Positions 35,601-44,332 of a DNA stretch of 64,000 nucleotides are shown here, piece by piece; positions within the stretch are counted from its first letter, which is position 1; the number at the start of each line of letters is the position of its first letter. Below the pieces are notes generated by a model. That model was not told where the DNA came from. It ran no database searches and saw nothing but the letters and a program-made list of their open reading frames with translations. The translations under genes and the position numbers were made by a program. Source of the DNA: Vicinamibacterales bacterium (lineage in GTDB: Bacteria > Acidobacteriota > Vicinamibacteria > Vicinamibacterales > UBA2999); contig JBFWXO010000005.1 in NCBI GenBank assembly GCA_050187355.1, positions 146,502 to 210,501 of the forward strand. Reading direction: 5' to 3'.

Positions 35601-37311
35601 GTTCAGCGCCGACGGCCGGCTGCTGCTCGGCGTGTCGTTCGACGAGGTCCGCGTCTGGGACGTCGCCGGTGGCGGCCCGCTGGTCCGCGATCCCATCGTC
35701 CACCGCGGACTCGTTGCGGCCGGCTTCACGGCGGATGGGTCGCTCGTCGTCACGGCCGACGGACACGAGGATCGGCGCGCCTACGGCTCGCCGCCAGCGG
35801 CGGGCGCCGTGCGCTTCTGGCGCGCGCGCTCCGGCGACCTCCTGGAGGAGCGCGTGCTGACCTTCGGGTCGGAGGTCATGCACGTGGCGTTCGGTCCGCG
35901 GATGGAGTCGGTCGCGATCACGTCCGCGCGGCGCGTCGGCAGCGGGCGCCCCGAGACGTTCGAGGAGGAGACCGTGGCGCGCCTGTGGGATCTCTCGCTC
36001 GGCGACCATCGGACGCTCTGGGGGGCGGAGCGGGCGGATCCGGTGACGACGGTGGCCTTCAGTCCGGACGGCCGACACGTCCTGAACGTCGCGGGCCGCA
36101 CCGCGTGGCTCTCCGACCCCGCAACCGGCGCGCCGACGGCCACGCTGCAGCACGACGCTGACATCCTGTCGGCTGTCTTCGACGCCGACGGCACGGTGGT
36201 CGTCACCGCCAGCCGCGACATGACGGCGCGCGTGTGGGACGTGGCAACCGGGCGCGAGCGCTTCCGTGCCCTGCACGACGACGCCGTCGAGCAGGCCCTC
36301 CTGGTGGCCGGCGACCGCTTTCTGGCCACGCGCACGTCGTCCACGGCGCGGCTCTGGACGCTCGCCTCCGGTGTGGCCGATCGGGGCTCGGCGCGGTTCG
36401 AGACGCCGGACGGCGGCGATCCCACGGGTCGGAACGACTGGCGGGACGACTTCAGCCCGGACGGCGGGCTGATGGCCCCGCGGCACGACCAGAGCGTCAC
36501 GATCGTCGACACGGCGACGGGCAAGGTCCTCCACACGCTGGTGCACGGCGGCTACGTCCGCTTCACCGCGTTTGCCGACGGCGGGCGGCTGCTCGTGACC
36601 GGCGGAGACGAGAAGGTCGCCCGCGTCTGGGACGTGGCCAGCGGCACCACCCGTTTCACGCTGGAGCACGGGGCGCAGCTCACCGATCTCGTCCTTGGTC
36701 CGGATGGGCGGACGATCCTGTCGGTGGACGAGAGCGGCACGGGCCACCTGTGGGACGGCACGACCGGCACTCACCTGGCGGGCCTGCCGCACGGATGCAG
36801 CGCGCGCGACGGATGGTTCGTGGCCGACGGGTCACTGGTCGTGACCCGATCCCTGGGCGGCGGAACCCTGGGGTGTGAGGCGAACGTGACGGTCTGGGAC
36901 GCGGCGACCGGGGCACGGCGGTCCTCGATGCCCGTCTCCGGCGACAGGCCAGTAGGATTCAACGGCGGCGGCACCGTGATGTGGGAGGCCATGCGGGAAG
37001 TGGAGGCGGCCCAGCGCGACGGAATTCGCACCTGGGATGTCGACACCGGCGAACCGCGCCTCAGCGAGCCCTACTGGACCGGCACGGACGTCCGGACCGC
37101 GGCGGCCAGCCCGGACGGCGCGCGCGTGGTGACGGCGGCGGGACCGGCGCTCACCATGTGGGCCACGGGCGGAGCGCTGCTTCAGGAGCGGCTGTCGGCC
37201 GTCACCACCGCGTGTCTGTCGCCCGAGTTCCGCCGCCAGAATCTCGGGGAGTCGGCGGATGCCGCCTCACGGGCCCACGACGCGTGCGAGCGCCGGCGAG
37301 GTCGCCGGTAG
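32680..37311 (+). CDS. TIR domain / STAND-type P-loop NTPase / single hydrophobic helix / multi-blade WD40 protein (1543 aa)
   Basis: TIR: MSAIFISHSSKDSALA...AVIAICTAEYLRSHWCFAEIALA (Glu at nt 32911-32913). Walker A GASGSGKSS (nt 33244-33267). Walker B-like VLVVIDQFEELL (nt 33751-33780). Hydrophobic helix at nt 34672-34740. About 14-17 WD40-like blades follow (recurrent ..H...V.......G..V.T...D.TARVWD...G), roughly nt 34930-37150. The start was moved from TTG 32626 to ATG 32680. Confidence 0.8.
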   Translation: MSAIFISHSSKDSALARAVEQRLSGQDFHSVFLDLDPAKGIVGGQSWERTLYRKLRACRAVIAICTAEYLRSHWCFAEIALARMEGKPVIGLLAGPLPADAALPAILTERQLIDLGRGEDDAYGRLWRALEALDLTGVATNWNPKEPPYLGLSAYQEDHAPVFFGREDEALAALELLDRGAPPVVLVLGASGSGKSSLVRAGVLPRLRAREDWLIVDPFRPGRDPWAELTESFGRAFDRYAPDHLDEAGRRRQLRERLSAAWTPPAAAEPEPAPDPAGERAPDERLRRLIEVLERVRQDPPPLTPRVRNYLEWSLDDLRRLSAGPAPPGETIAAPGTTPLVEAALDLRRLSRHRDARVLVVIDQFEELLGRDEPAVHDFLAMLHASVEAAHSPVTIVGTLRSDFLGLFQHHPALHGVDFESLSLGPMRADGMRRVVTMPARLAAIEIEDGLVDRLLADTGTPDALPMLSFTLSVMWRDRRGDEPLTLAAYERLGGLQGTIAREAEAVLATAVRERKEDALRRALLQMARLGDDGTYARRPVDWDHADIQRVHDLLTTLVDRRVLVTRLDGDRRIVEVAHEALFRAWTPLQAWLTNARSELLLAQQIERDAAAWHDAGRPGDVLWRGGRLLQAHELLRADDRRAGRADAPTAFVRAGMARRRWQRVLVTGAAVSVLAVLGAFLAFAVIQAARATREQVRALDIARVAVAGEWLPRDPTSAALVLLELQNPTATRFAPRRLGEALRRPLVRTELRHEHAVHSVALDTNGTRVVTTSGSSATVWDAVTGRAIRVLGHDEAVVAATIDPTGRLVAVRTGTVGEEYYRDAAGTAVHVWDLDAGTRRFSVTHADAVNGAAFAPDGRLVLTWGKDGTVQLWDAEGGVRRRTWTQGNDVRDATFNPAGTLVVAVTADGARVWSVDADLPIATLPTDRPIQTAAFNPDGTLLVTAGDGGLVTWAVDGWTRQHQLEAPFTRRVAFSADGRLLLGVSFDEVRVWDVAGGGPLVRDPIVHRGLVAAGFTADGSLVVTADGHEDRRAYGSPPAAGAVRFWRARSGDLLEERVLTFGSEVMHVAFGPRMESVAITSARRVGSGRPETFEEETVARLWDLSLGDHRTLWGAERADPVTTVAFSPDGRHVLNVAGRTAWLSDPATGAPTATLQHDADILSAVFDADGTVVVTASRDMTARVWDVATGRERFRALHDDAVEQALLVAGDRFLATRTSSTARLWTLASGVADRGSARFETPDGGDPTGRNDWRDDFSPDGGLMAPRHDQSVTIVDTATGKVLHTLVHGGYVRFTAFADGGRLLVTGGDEKVARVWDVASGTTRFTLEHGAQLTDLVLGPDGRTILSVDESGTGHLWDGTTGTHLAGLPHGCSARDGWFVADGSLVVTRSLGGGTLGCEANVTVWDAATGARRSSMPVSGDRPVGFNGGGTVMWEAMREVEAAQRDGIRTWDVDTGEPRLSEPYWTGTDVRTAAASPDGARVVTAAGPALTMWATGGALLQERLSAVTTACLSPEFRRQNLGESADAASRAHDACERRRGRR
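34672..34740 (+). other. Predicted transmembrane helix inside the TIR-STAND-WD40 ORF
   Basis: VLVTGAAVSVLAVLGAFLAFAVI, flanked by RRRWQR upstream and QAARATRE downstream. Confidence 0.5.
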
Positions 37312-37454
37312 GCGCCGGGAGCCTCCACGCATCGTAACAGCGAGAAGCTCGAGGGAACCTCGTCTACCAGGCCGTGGTGGAGTGATCGGGGCCAGGCTCG
37401 CGGGGGCCGATCCCGTGCCGTTCCCGGCCGATGCGAGCCGGCGGGCCGCGTCGT

Positions 37455-39419
37455 CTACGCCCGCCGGTGGGCGGAGTAGGCCAGCATCTGCGCCGCGAAA
37501 TCGCAGGAGTAGGACACCATCACGTCCGTGATGGCCCCATGGGCGTCGTGCACGGGCGTCAGCGTCGGCATGACGAACGCGGTGTAGGACGGCAGGTTCA
37601 GCGCGTCCACCCGCGCGACGATCTCGTCGCGCAGCGACGCGTCGAAGTGCACGCCGTAGGTGTCGAACAGCTCGCGCGCGGCGGCGTAGTCGCCCTCGGA
37701 CTTGATCCGCTGCACCTCGTGCAGCATCCGGGCGACGCCCTCGCGGAACTCCGCCACGCTGTCGACGACGTGGTAGGTGCGCCCGTTCCTGATGCGCACC
37801 GAGATCGCGCGCGTGTGGGCCAGCAGCCAGTGCACGATGGCCTGCCGGTTGCGCATGTGGTCTTCTTCGAGCTGCGTGCCCTCGCGGACGCGCCGGAGCT
37901 GGACGAGCGCGGTGCGCGCGTAGGACTCGTACTCGGTCCGGACGACGTCGGCGAACTCGTCCGCCTGGACGAGCCCGAGCTCGACCATCATCGGGTCGGC
38001 GCAGAAATACAGGGCCACGAGGTCGGCCCGCGTCTCCTCGAGCGCCGAGTACTGCTCGCGCAGCAGCTCCTGCGGCTGGGCCTGCGCGGCGGCGTTCATC
38101 CGCCCCGAGCCGTGGCCCAGCACCTCGTGGATCTCGGTGGCGATCTCGCTCGCCATGCCGCCCCAGCGCTTCGCGCGCTGGAACTCCTCGTCGGACCATG
38201 CGAACTCGCGGCGGTACTCGTCGGTGGTACTCAACTCGTACGCCTCGGTCACGTTGGCCAGGGTCACGGACTTGCTGCCGTAGGCCTCGCGCACGCGCTG
38301 GTCGTTCGGCAGGTTGACGCCGATCGGCGTGATCGGGCCCGCGTCGCCCGTCTCGATCACGACCTCGATCGCGCTCGCCGTCACGCCCTGCACGACCGGC
38401 TTGCGGTACATCGGCGCGATGGGCATCCGGTCCTCGAACCACTGCGCGTGGGCGGCCAGCGCCTCGATGCGGGCGGTCTTGGCGCGGTTCACGTAGTAGA
38501 CCATGCCCTCCCACGCGCCCTTCATGCCGCGGGCGTCCATGTAGACCTCGATGAAGCCGTTCATGGTGTCCACGGGGGAATCGGTGGCGGTCACCCACGC
38601 GACGTCGAAGGCGGCGCGGTCCTCGTCGTCGCCGGAGCGATACCAGCGGACCAGCGCCTCGAGCGCGCCGGCGAATCGCGGCGGGGCCCAGCGGATAGCC
38701 GCCTCCAGGTGCTCGACGACCTGGGCCAGCTCGGCGCCGTAGCGGCCGCCGACGCGGTACACCTCTTCGACGAGCACGCCGTCGCGCTTGACCAGCCGCG
38801 AGTTCAGCGGATGGCGCTCGACGACGCTCTCGAGGTCCGCCATCGTCACGCCGTCGTACAGGTTGTTCGCGCTGTCGCGCAGGATGTCGCCGCCGGCGCC
38901 CGGGGACTTGTTCGTGACCATCGGGTCCACGGACGGATCGAGCAGGTACGGCGCGAGCCGGCGGGCCAGGTCGCCCGGGGCCTCGCCGGGCCGGCAGGCG
39001 AAGCGGGCGCCCGCGGCGGCGGCGGCGGTGGCGGCCGCCACCAGCGCCTCGACGCTCAGCCGCAGCACGAACTTCCTCGCGGTGAGGTTGTTGAACGGCC
39101 CGGAGTTGATCCAGAAGAGCTTGGTGTAGCGCCAGACCTCGCGCGCCACGTCCGGCGCCAGCGCCGACTCCCGCAGCACCAGCGCCTCGAGGAAGTCGCG
39201 CATCTCCAGCGCATGCCGGTAGCGCTGGTCGGTGTAGATGTCCCGGCCGGCCAGCGCCGCCTGGTACAGGTGCCAGACGAGCGTCTTCTGATCGAGGGTG
39301 AGCTGGTCGAAGCCGTCCGCGTACAGCTGGACGATGGCGGCGTCGTCCACGCGCTCCAGGAGATAGCGGCGGGACGCCACAGCGGTAGCGTCGTGGCGGG
39401 TCGAGGCGTCGTGCGGCAT
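37455..39419 (-). CDS. Dipeptidyl-peptidase III-like zinc metallopeptidase (M49 family)
   Basis: HEVLGH (HExxGH) followed by EETRAD (EExRAE/D), the two M49 zinc-binding motifs. 654 aa. Confidence 0.75.
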   Translation of the reverse strand: MPHDASTRHDATAVASRRYLLERVDDAAIVQLYADGFDQLTLDQKTLVWHLYQAALAGRDIYTDQRYRHALEMRDFLEALVLRESALAPDVAREVWRYTKLFWINSGPFNNLTARKFVLRLSVEALVAAATAAAAAGARFACRPGEAPGDLARRLAPYLLDPSVDPMVTNKSPGAGGDILRDSANNLYDGVTMADLESVVERHPLNSRLVKRDGVLVEEVYRVGGRYGAELAQVVEHLEAAIRWAPPRFAGALEALVRWYRSGDDEDRAAFDVAWVTATDSPVDTMNGFIEVYMDARGMKGAWEGMVYYVNRAKTARIEALAAHAQWFEDRMPIAPMYRKPVVQGVTASAIEVVIETGDAGPITPIGVNLPNDQRVREAYGSKSVTLANVTEAYELSTTDEYRREFAWSDEEFQRAKRWGGMASEIATEIHEVLGHGSGRMNAAAQAQPQELLREQYSALEETRADLVALYFCADPMMVELGLVQADEFADVVRTEYESYARTALVQLRRVREGTQLEEDHMRNRQAIVHWLLAHTRAISVRIRNGRTYHVVDSVAEFREGVARMLHEVQRIKSEGDYAAARELFDTYGVHFDASLRDEIVARVDALNLPSYTAFVMPTLTPVHDAHGAITDVMVSYSCDFAAQMLAYSAHRRA

Positions 39420-39440
39420 CGCGGCGGATTGGACCGTGTT

Positions 39441-40832
39441 CTACAGAGGAACAGGCACACGTTCCCCGTGCCGCGGAACTTGCACGTTCCAGGCCAGCTC
39501 GTGCTCGATGCGGGATTTCAGGGCGTCCTGGGCCGAGGGCTCGCCGTGCACGAGGTAGGTCGTGCGCGGCGGCGACGGGAACGTGCGCAGCCATCGCACG
39601 ATTTCGCTCGCGTCTGCATGGGCCGACATCCCGTTCAGCTTCTCCACGCGCGCGTGCACGGGAACCTGCTGCCCGTAGATCTTGACCTCCTGGGCGCCCT
39701 CGATCAGGTGTCGGCCGCGCGTCCCGGCGGCCTGGAACCCGACAAATAGTACGGTGTTCCTCGGATCGGGCAGCGCCTTGGCCAGGTGGTGAAGAACTCG
39801 CCCCCCCGTCGCCATCCCGCTCGACGAGATCACGATGGCGGGTCCCGACCGGTTGACCACGTCCTGGGACTCCCGGGACGATGCCACCGGGGTGAACCGC
39901 GCCGTACAGAAGGCGGACACCTCGCCGCGGTGGCGGCCGATGTCCCCGTCCAGCTCGTGGGCCCGGCGCTCGTAGAACTTCAGCGCGTGCAGCGCCATCG
40001 GGCTGTCCACGAACACCGGCAGCGCCGGGACCGCGCCGCCGTCCTCCAGCTTCTTGATGGCGTACAAGACTTCCTCCACCCGGCCTATCGCAAACGACGG
40101 GATGACGAGCTTCCCGCCGCGCTCGGACGTTTCCCGTATAAGCGTCGCGAGGCGTTCGGTCTCATCACCGTCGGGGTGAAGACGGTCGCCGTAGGTGGAT
40201 TCGACGAGCAGGACGTCGGCGGCGGTCCCCGCCGACGGGTCCGGCAGCACGGGCCGGTTGTAGCGGCCGAGGTCGCCGCCGAAGATGACGGGGCCGCCGC
40301 TCCCGTCCGCCCGCCGCATCCGGACGTAGGCGGCGCCGAGGAGGTGGCCCGTCGGGATGAACTCCGCTTCGAGGCCGTTGGCCACGGGCACGGGGCGGTG
40401 ATAGCCGACCGGCTGGAGCCGCGAGAGGGTGGCGACAGCCTGGTCTTCGGTGAAGAGCGGCTTGGCCGGATGGTGCTTGGAATAGCCGCCGCGATTGGCG
40501 CGGTCCGCCTCCTCTTCCTGGAGCCGACCGGCGTCCGGCAGCACCAGGCTGCACAGATCCTGGGTACCGGGCGTGCAGAAGATCCGGCCCTTGAACCCCT
40601 GGGCCACCAGCCGCGGGAGCATGCCGACGTGATCCAGGTGGGCGTGCGTGACGACCACGGCGTCGATGGCCGCGGCCGGCACGGGCGACGGCGCCCAGTT
40701 CCTGAGGCGCAGTTCCTTGAGGCCCTGGAACATCCCGCAGTCCACCAGCACGCGCCGGCCCGAAGACTCCACCAGGTAGCGGGAGCCGGTCACCGTGCGC
40801 GCCGCCCCCAGGAACGTCAGCGTCGCCGTCAT
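39441..40832 (-). CDS. MBL-fold / beta-CASP metallo-hydrolase (RNA-metabolising family)
   Basis: LTFLGAARTVTGSRYLVE, VTHAHLDHVG, and a C-terminal RNA-specificity-like region. The start was moved to the ATG at 40830-40832. Confidence 0.8.
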   Translation of the reverse strand: MTATLTFLGAARTVTGSRYLVESSGRRVLVDCGMFQGLKELRLRNWAPSPVPAAAIDAVVVTHAHLDHVGMLPRLVAQGFKGRIFCTPGTQDLCSLVLPDAGRLQEEEADRANRGGYSKHHPAKPLFTEDQAVATLSRLQPVGYHRPVPVANGLEAEFIPTGHLLGAAYVRMRRADGSGGPVIFGGDLGRYNRPVLPDPSAGTAADVLLVESTYGDRLHPDGDETERLATLIRETSERGGKLVIPSFAIGRVEEVLYAIKKLEDGGAVPALPVFVDSPMALHALKFYERRAHELDGDIGRHRGEVSAFCTARFTPVASSRESQDVVNRSGPAIVISSSGMATGGRVLHHLAKALPDPRNTVLFVGFQAAGTRGRHLIEGAQEVKIYGQQVPVHARVEKLNGMSAHADASEIVRWLRTFPSPPRTTYLVHGEPSAQDALKSRIEHELAWNVQVPRHGERVPVPL

Positions 40833-40929
40833 ACTCGGATGGGACTGTACCAGACCCGCCGCCCGGCGGCCGAATGGCGGCGTCAACCCCCGCCACGGGC
40901 TGCTAAGCTCGGGGGGCGGGCGGAGCGGC

Positions 40930-42375
40930 ATGAAGCGTCGGGCGGCATCGAAGCAAGCGCGGTGGGTCGTCACCGCCGGTCTCATGGCGGCGGCCGGCCT
41001 GTTCACAGCCGACGCGGCCCCCGGGCAGCCGGTGGCGGCGCCGGCGCGGACGATCGCCCTGGCCGACATCAGCGCCTCGTTCGAGGCGCTGGCCGCCCAG
41101 GTCGGCAGCGGCACCGTCCAGGTCCTGGCCAGCGGCCTGGCCGGAGATCCCGCCGACACCTCCGGCGACGGGATGGTGGAGCGCCGCCGATCCGCCGGGT
41201 CCGGCGTGATCGTCGACACCGCCGGCTATGTGATGACGAACTACCACGTCGTCGAAGGAGCGCGGCGCGTGCAGGTCGTGCTGGCGTCGCGTCCCGCCGG
41301 CACCTCGATCGTCCGTCCGCGCGGCCGGACGCTGGAGGCCTCGGTGGTGGGCGTGGACGAGGAAACCGACCTGGCGCTCCTGCAGGTCGACGGCCGCGGG
41401 CTCAGGCTGCAGGCGCTGCCCCTCGGCGACTCCGACACGCTCCGACCCGGTCAGCTCGTCTTCGCGCTCGGCAGTCCGCTCGGTCTCGATAACACGGTGA
41501 CGATGGGCGTCGTGAGCGCGGTGGGCCGCCAGCTCGAACCCGACGATCCCATGGTCTACATCCAGACCGACGCGCCCATCAATCCGGGCAGCAGCGGCGG
41601 ACCGCTCGTGGACGCGAACGGGCGCGTGGTCGGCATCAACACCCTGATCCTGTCGCAGGGCGGCGGCAACGAAGGGCTGGGATTCGCCGCGCCGAGCAAC
41701 ATCGTGCGCACGGTGTTCGAGCAGCTCAAGGCGTACGGCCTCGTCCGGCGCGGCACGATCGGCGCCGTCGTCCAGTCGATCACGGCGCCGCTGGCCAGGG
41801 GCCTCGACCTGCCGCAGGAGGACGGGGCGCTCGTGGCCGACGTCGACCCGGACGGCCCCGCCGGCCAGGCGGGTCTGAAGATCGGGGACATCGTCGTGGC
41901 GCTCGACGGCAAGCCGATCGAGAACGGCCGTCAGCTCGACGTCAACCTGTACCGCCGGCCCGCGGGGGCGAAGGCCACCCTGGCGGTGCTGCGCGGCGGC
42001 CAGCGAATCACGCTGACGGTGGCCATCGAGGAGCGCCAGGACGACCCGGCGCGCTTCGCCGGGCTCGTCTCGCGCACGGAGAACCTCGTGCCGAGGCTCG
42101 GCGTGCTGGCCCTGACGCTCTCCGACGAGCTTCGCGAGCAGCTCGGCGTGGATGACACGATCTCGGGCGCGCTGGTGGCGTCGCGGGCGGGCGAGCAGGC
42201 GGCCGAGCTCGGCATCGAGGCCGGCGATCTCATCGTGGCCGTGAACCGGGCGCCGGTGAGGACCCTGGAGGATCTGAAGCGGCACGTGGCCCGTCTGGCG
42301 CCGCGCGCGGCGTGCGCCCTGCAGATCGTCCGGCAGGGACAGTTCCTGTATCTGGCCTTCGAGATCGAGGAGTGA
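40930..42375 (+). CDS. htrA: HtrA/DegP-family periplasmic serine protease with two PDZ domains
   Basis: Signal anchor. TNYHVV (His), a conserved Asp region (DLALLQV) and GNSGG-type PGSSGGPLV (Ser). There are two PDZ-like segments (GLKIGDIVVALDG; GIEAGDLIVAVNR). Confidence 0.85.
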   Translation: MKRRAASKQARWVVTAGLMAAAGLFTADAAPGQPVAAPARTIALADISASFEALAAQVGSGTVQVLASGLAGDPADTSGDGMVERRRSAGSGVIVDTAGYVMTNYHVVEGARRVQVVLASRPAGTSIVRPRGRTLEASVVGVDEETDLALLQVDGRGLRLQALPLGDSDTLRPGQLVFALGSPLGLDNTVTMGVVSAVGRQLEPDDPMVYIQTDAPINPGSSGGPLVDANGRVVGINTLILSQGGGNEGLGFAAPSNIVRTVFEQLKAYGLVRRGTIGAVVQSITAPLARGLDLPQEDGALVADVDPDGPAGQAGLKIGDIVVALDGKPIENGRQLDVNLYRRPAGAKATLAVLRGGQRITLTVAIEERQDDPARFAGLVSRTENLVPRLGVLALTLSDELREQLGVDDTISGALVASRAGEQAAELGIEAGDLIVAVNRAPVRTLEDLKRHVARLAPRAACALQIVRQGQFLYLAFEIEE

Positions 42376-43295
42376 ACGACCACCTGGCCGCCGCGCCCTC
42401 CTCGGCGCCCGCCGTGGACGACGCGGCCCTCGACGCCCTGTACGACCGATCGAACGCCAGCCGATGGGGCCTCACGCGCGAGGCCTTCGGCGCCGGCGTG
42501 CTCGACGCGCTTCACGCGCGGGCGCCCTCAGCCGGCCACGTCCGCGGGCTCGTGCCGCTCGACACCCACCACGCCGAGGACCTGGGGCTGGCCATCGCCT
42601 GCGCGGAGGGCCTGTCCGGTGCGTGGGACCACTTCGTGCTCACCTATCGGCCGGAGCTGTACCGCGCGGCGCGCGCCATGACCGACGAGGCGACGGGCCG
42701 TGAGCTGGCCGATTCGCTCTACGCCGATCTCTACGGCCTCGGCGAGCGGGACGGGCAGCGGCGGTCGCTGTTCCGCTACTACCACGGGCGGGCGAAGCTC
42801 TCGACGTGGCTGCGCAGCGTGCTGGCGCAGCGCCACGTCGATGTCGTGCGCGCCCGCAGGCGGATCGACTCCCTGGACGACGACCAGGCACGCCCGGCCG
42901 ATGCGCGACTGGCGGCGCCGGCCGGGCCCGATCCCGACGACGCGGCGGCCATGCGCACGGCCGCCGCCGCCGTGACCGCGGCCCTGGTCGTGCTGTCGGC
43001 GGACGACCGGCGCCTGATAGCGTGGTACTACGTCCACGGCGTGAAGCTGGCCGCCATCGGCCAGGCCGCCGGCGTCAGCGAGGCCACGGCGTCGCGCCGG
43101 CTGGACAAGGTGCGGCAGACGCTGCGCGCCACGATCGAGCGCGAACTCGAGGCGCGCGGCATGTCATCCCGTGAGGTCGACGACTGGGCCGCCGTCGCGC
43201 GGCAGGCCTGGGATGCGGCGCTGGCCGACGCCCTCGGGGTCTCGCCGCCGCAAGAGTCGGGATCGCCCACGTTCACAGGAAAGAGGACGCCGTGA
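42372..43295 (+). CDS. Sigma-70-family (ECF-like) RNA polymerase sigma factor with a long N-terminal extension
   Basis: The GTG at 42372 overlaps the htrA stop (GTGA). Region-2-like LADSLYADLY...YHGRAKLSTWLRSVLAQRHVD. Region-4 HTH LSADDRRLIAWYYVHGVKLAAIGQAAGVSEATASRRLDKVRQTLR. Confidence 0.75.
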   Translation: MNDHLAAAPSSAPAVDDAALDALYDRSNASRWGLTREAFGAGVLDALHARAPSAGHVRGLVPLDTHHAEDLGLAIACAEGLSGAWDHFVLTYRPELYRAARAMTDEATGRELADSLYADLYGLGERDGQRRSLFRYYHGRAKLSTWLRSVLAQRHVDVVRARRRIDSLDDDQARPADARLAAPAGPDPDDAAAMRTAAAAVTAALVVLSADDRRLIAWYYVHGVKLAAIGQAAGVSEATASRRLDKVRQTLRATIERELEARGMSSREVDDWAAVARQAWDAALADALGVSPPQESGSPTFTGKRTP

Positions 43296-44332
43296 GCCTG
43301 CCCAAGGACATCGTGCCCGACCGCGACGAGGCCCTGCGTCGGCAGCTGGCCGATCCGCTCGTGGCCTCCGTGGCGGGTGCCGCCGAGGCCGCGGGCCTCA
43401 CCGCGTGTCCCGACGCCGAGGATCTGGCGCTGTACGCGGAACGCCAGCTCGGCGCGGCGGAACGCGGGCTGGTCGAGCCCCACCTGCACTCGTGCGAGCG
43501 CTGCCAGGCGATCGTGGCGGCGTACGAGGCGGCGAGCGCGGACGCGCCGGATCGGCTGGTTTCCCCGGCGGCACGCGTGACCGCCGCGGGGCCCTGGACG
43601 TGGCTGGCGGGCTGGCGGTGGCTCGTGCCGGTGGCGTCGCTGGCGGCGGTGGCCGTGATCGCCGTCTGGATCGGGCGGCCGGCGCCCGCCGACAGGCCAG
43701 CGCCCACCGCGGCCGGCGCGCTCGAGGCGACACAGGCGGCCCGGCAGCAGGCACCTCTGGAAGAGGCACCGGCATCGCCGCCTGCTCCGGTGGACACCCG
43801 ACTCGCGGACGCCCCGGCCCCGACGCGCACGGCCCAGCCGCCGGCGGCCGGCGGCGCCACCGCGGCGACGGAGGCGAAGCAGGTGGCAAGTGCCGAGCGG
43901 CAGGACGCCTTGGAACGCTCGCGCCTGTCGCAGGCCCGCGTGGCCGTGAACGCACCAGCGCCTCCTGCAGCGGCGGCGCCGGCTCCGAGTGCCGTCGCCG
44001 TGCCCGCGGCCAAGGCCGAGGACCTCGCCGCCGCCCGGACCGAGCGCGCGCGCGAGAACGTCAATGCCGGGGCACCCGCTCCGGAGCCGGCGGCAGACGC
44101 GGCCGGAGTCCGGGCGTTGGGTGCCGCCATGGCGGCCAGTCCGTGGCGCGTGCGCGACGGCCGCCTCGAACGCACTGCCGACGGCGGCCGCACGTGGACG
44201 CGAGTGGACGTGCCGACGACGGAGGCCTTCACGTCGGTGACCGTGAGGGCGCCGGATCGGATCGTCGCGACGACCGTGTCCGGGCGTACCTGGACCTCGA
44301 CCGACGACGGCGCCACGTGGCGCACACCGTGA
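43292..44332 (+). CDS. Anti-sigma factor (zf-HC2 type), single-pass, with an Ala/Pro-rich linker and C-terminal Asp-box (BNR) repeats
   Basis: The GTG start overlaps the sigma-factor stop. H-x3-C-x2-C motif (HLHSCERCQ). TM segment WLVPVASLAAVAVIAVWI. C-terminal TADGGRTW and STDDGATW Asp-boxes. Confidence 0.75.
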   Translation: MSLPKDIVPDRDEALRRQLADPLVASVAGAAEAAGLTACPDAEDLALYAERQLGAAERGLVEPHLHSCERCQAIVAAYEAASADAPDRLVSPAARVTAAGPWTWLAGWRWLVPVASLAAVAVIAVWIGRPAPADRPAPTAAGALEATQAARQQAPLEEAPASPPAPVDTRLADAPAPTRTAQPPAAGGATAATEAKQVASAERQDALERSRLSQARVAVNAPAPPAAAAPAPSAVAVPAAKAEDLAAARTERARENVNAGAPAPEPAADAAGVRALGAAMAASPWRVRDGRLERTADGGRTWTRVDVPTTEAFTSVTVRAPDRIVATTVSGRTWTSTDDGATWRTP

